Shown piece by piece: positions 63,862 to 64,000 of a stretch of DNA of 64,000 bases; position 1 is the first letter of the stretch; every line of letters starts with the position of its first letter. Below the pieces are notes generated by a model. It was given only the letters and a program-made list of their open reading frames with translations, had not been told where the DNA came from and searched no databases. Origin of the DNA: an uncultured Gemmatimonadales bacterium (GTDB lineage: Bacteria > Gemmatimonadota > Gemmatimonadetes > Gemmatimonadales > GWC2-71-9); NCBI GenBank assembly GCA_963779755.1, contig CAVZZO010000001.1:2144001-2208000 (forward strand). The letters run 5' to 3'. The position numbers were made by a program, and so were the translations under genes.

Positions 63862-64000
63862 CTAGTCCTCTTCGATCCGGTAAATCCGCCCCGACGCCAT
63901 CACCACGTACACCTCGCCCGCGGCGTCTTCCCCGAACGACACCACGTTGTCATTGATGAGCGGCGCCTGCAGTGGCGGATAGGCGCCCACCGCCTGCCCG
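63862..64000 (-). CDS. 3' end of a PQQ-dependent sugar (glucose/sorbosone) dehydrogenase-like protein
   Basis: Translates to ...DNVVSFGEDAAGEVYVVMASGRIYRIEED-stop. Confidence 0.8.
   Translation of the reverse strand, partial: GQAVGAYPPLQAPLINDNVVSFGEDAAGEVYVVMASGRIYRIEED

Overview
High-GC bacterial chromosomal window; the gene content and order suggest Gemmatimonadota (inference). It is mostly housekeeping. In order: a minus-strand truA-htrA-purB-purC-psd-pssA-purS-purQ-(zinc ribbon)-purL-purF run; lexA divergent from a HEAT/HD-GYP/GAF-MCP trio followed by folK-panB-panC-panD-yqeK; a small TetR cassette; glycerate kinase and a 2-hydroxyacid dehydrogenase; rlmN, PTS IIA, aspS; a phoH-HD-ybeY-CorC-CorC-mgtE-aarF cluster; a sigma54 two-component/glycolipid locus; a meaB/acyl-CoA mutase/AtuA operon; recQ, a Ser/Thr kinase and dmpA. 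No rRNA, tRNA, transposase, integrase, cas gene or CRISPR array was recognised. Best candidates for undescribed biology: (1) a sigma54 regulon (GT4 glycosyltransferase + deacetylase + flippase-like protein + HK/NtrC-type RR + small peptidoglycan-binding protein) with two -24/-12 promoters and four matching palindromic sites, resembling an aminoglycolipid envelope-modification system; (2) an isobutyryl-CoA-mutase-type B12 enzyme split around a GGQ-less aeRF1-like protein and clustered with a carboxyltransferase, AtuA and a TPPII-like lipoprotein; (3) a candidate direct-repeat LexA operator TTCGG-N6-TTCGG; (4) a solitary type I-E-like CRISPR repeat in an 800-bp non-coding tract. All calls come from reading motifs by eye; no searches were run, and several start codons were re-chosen from overlaps and homology.
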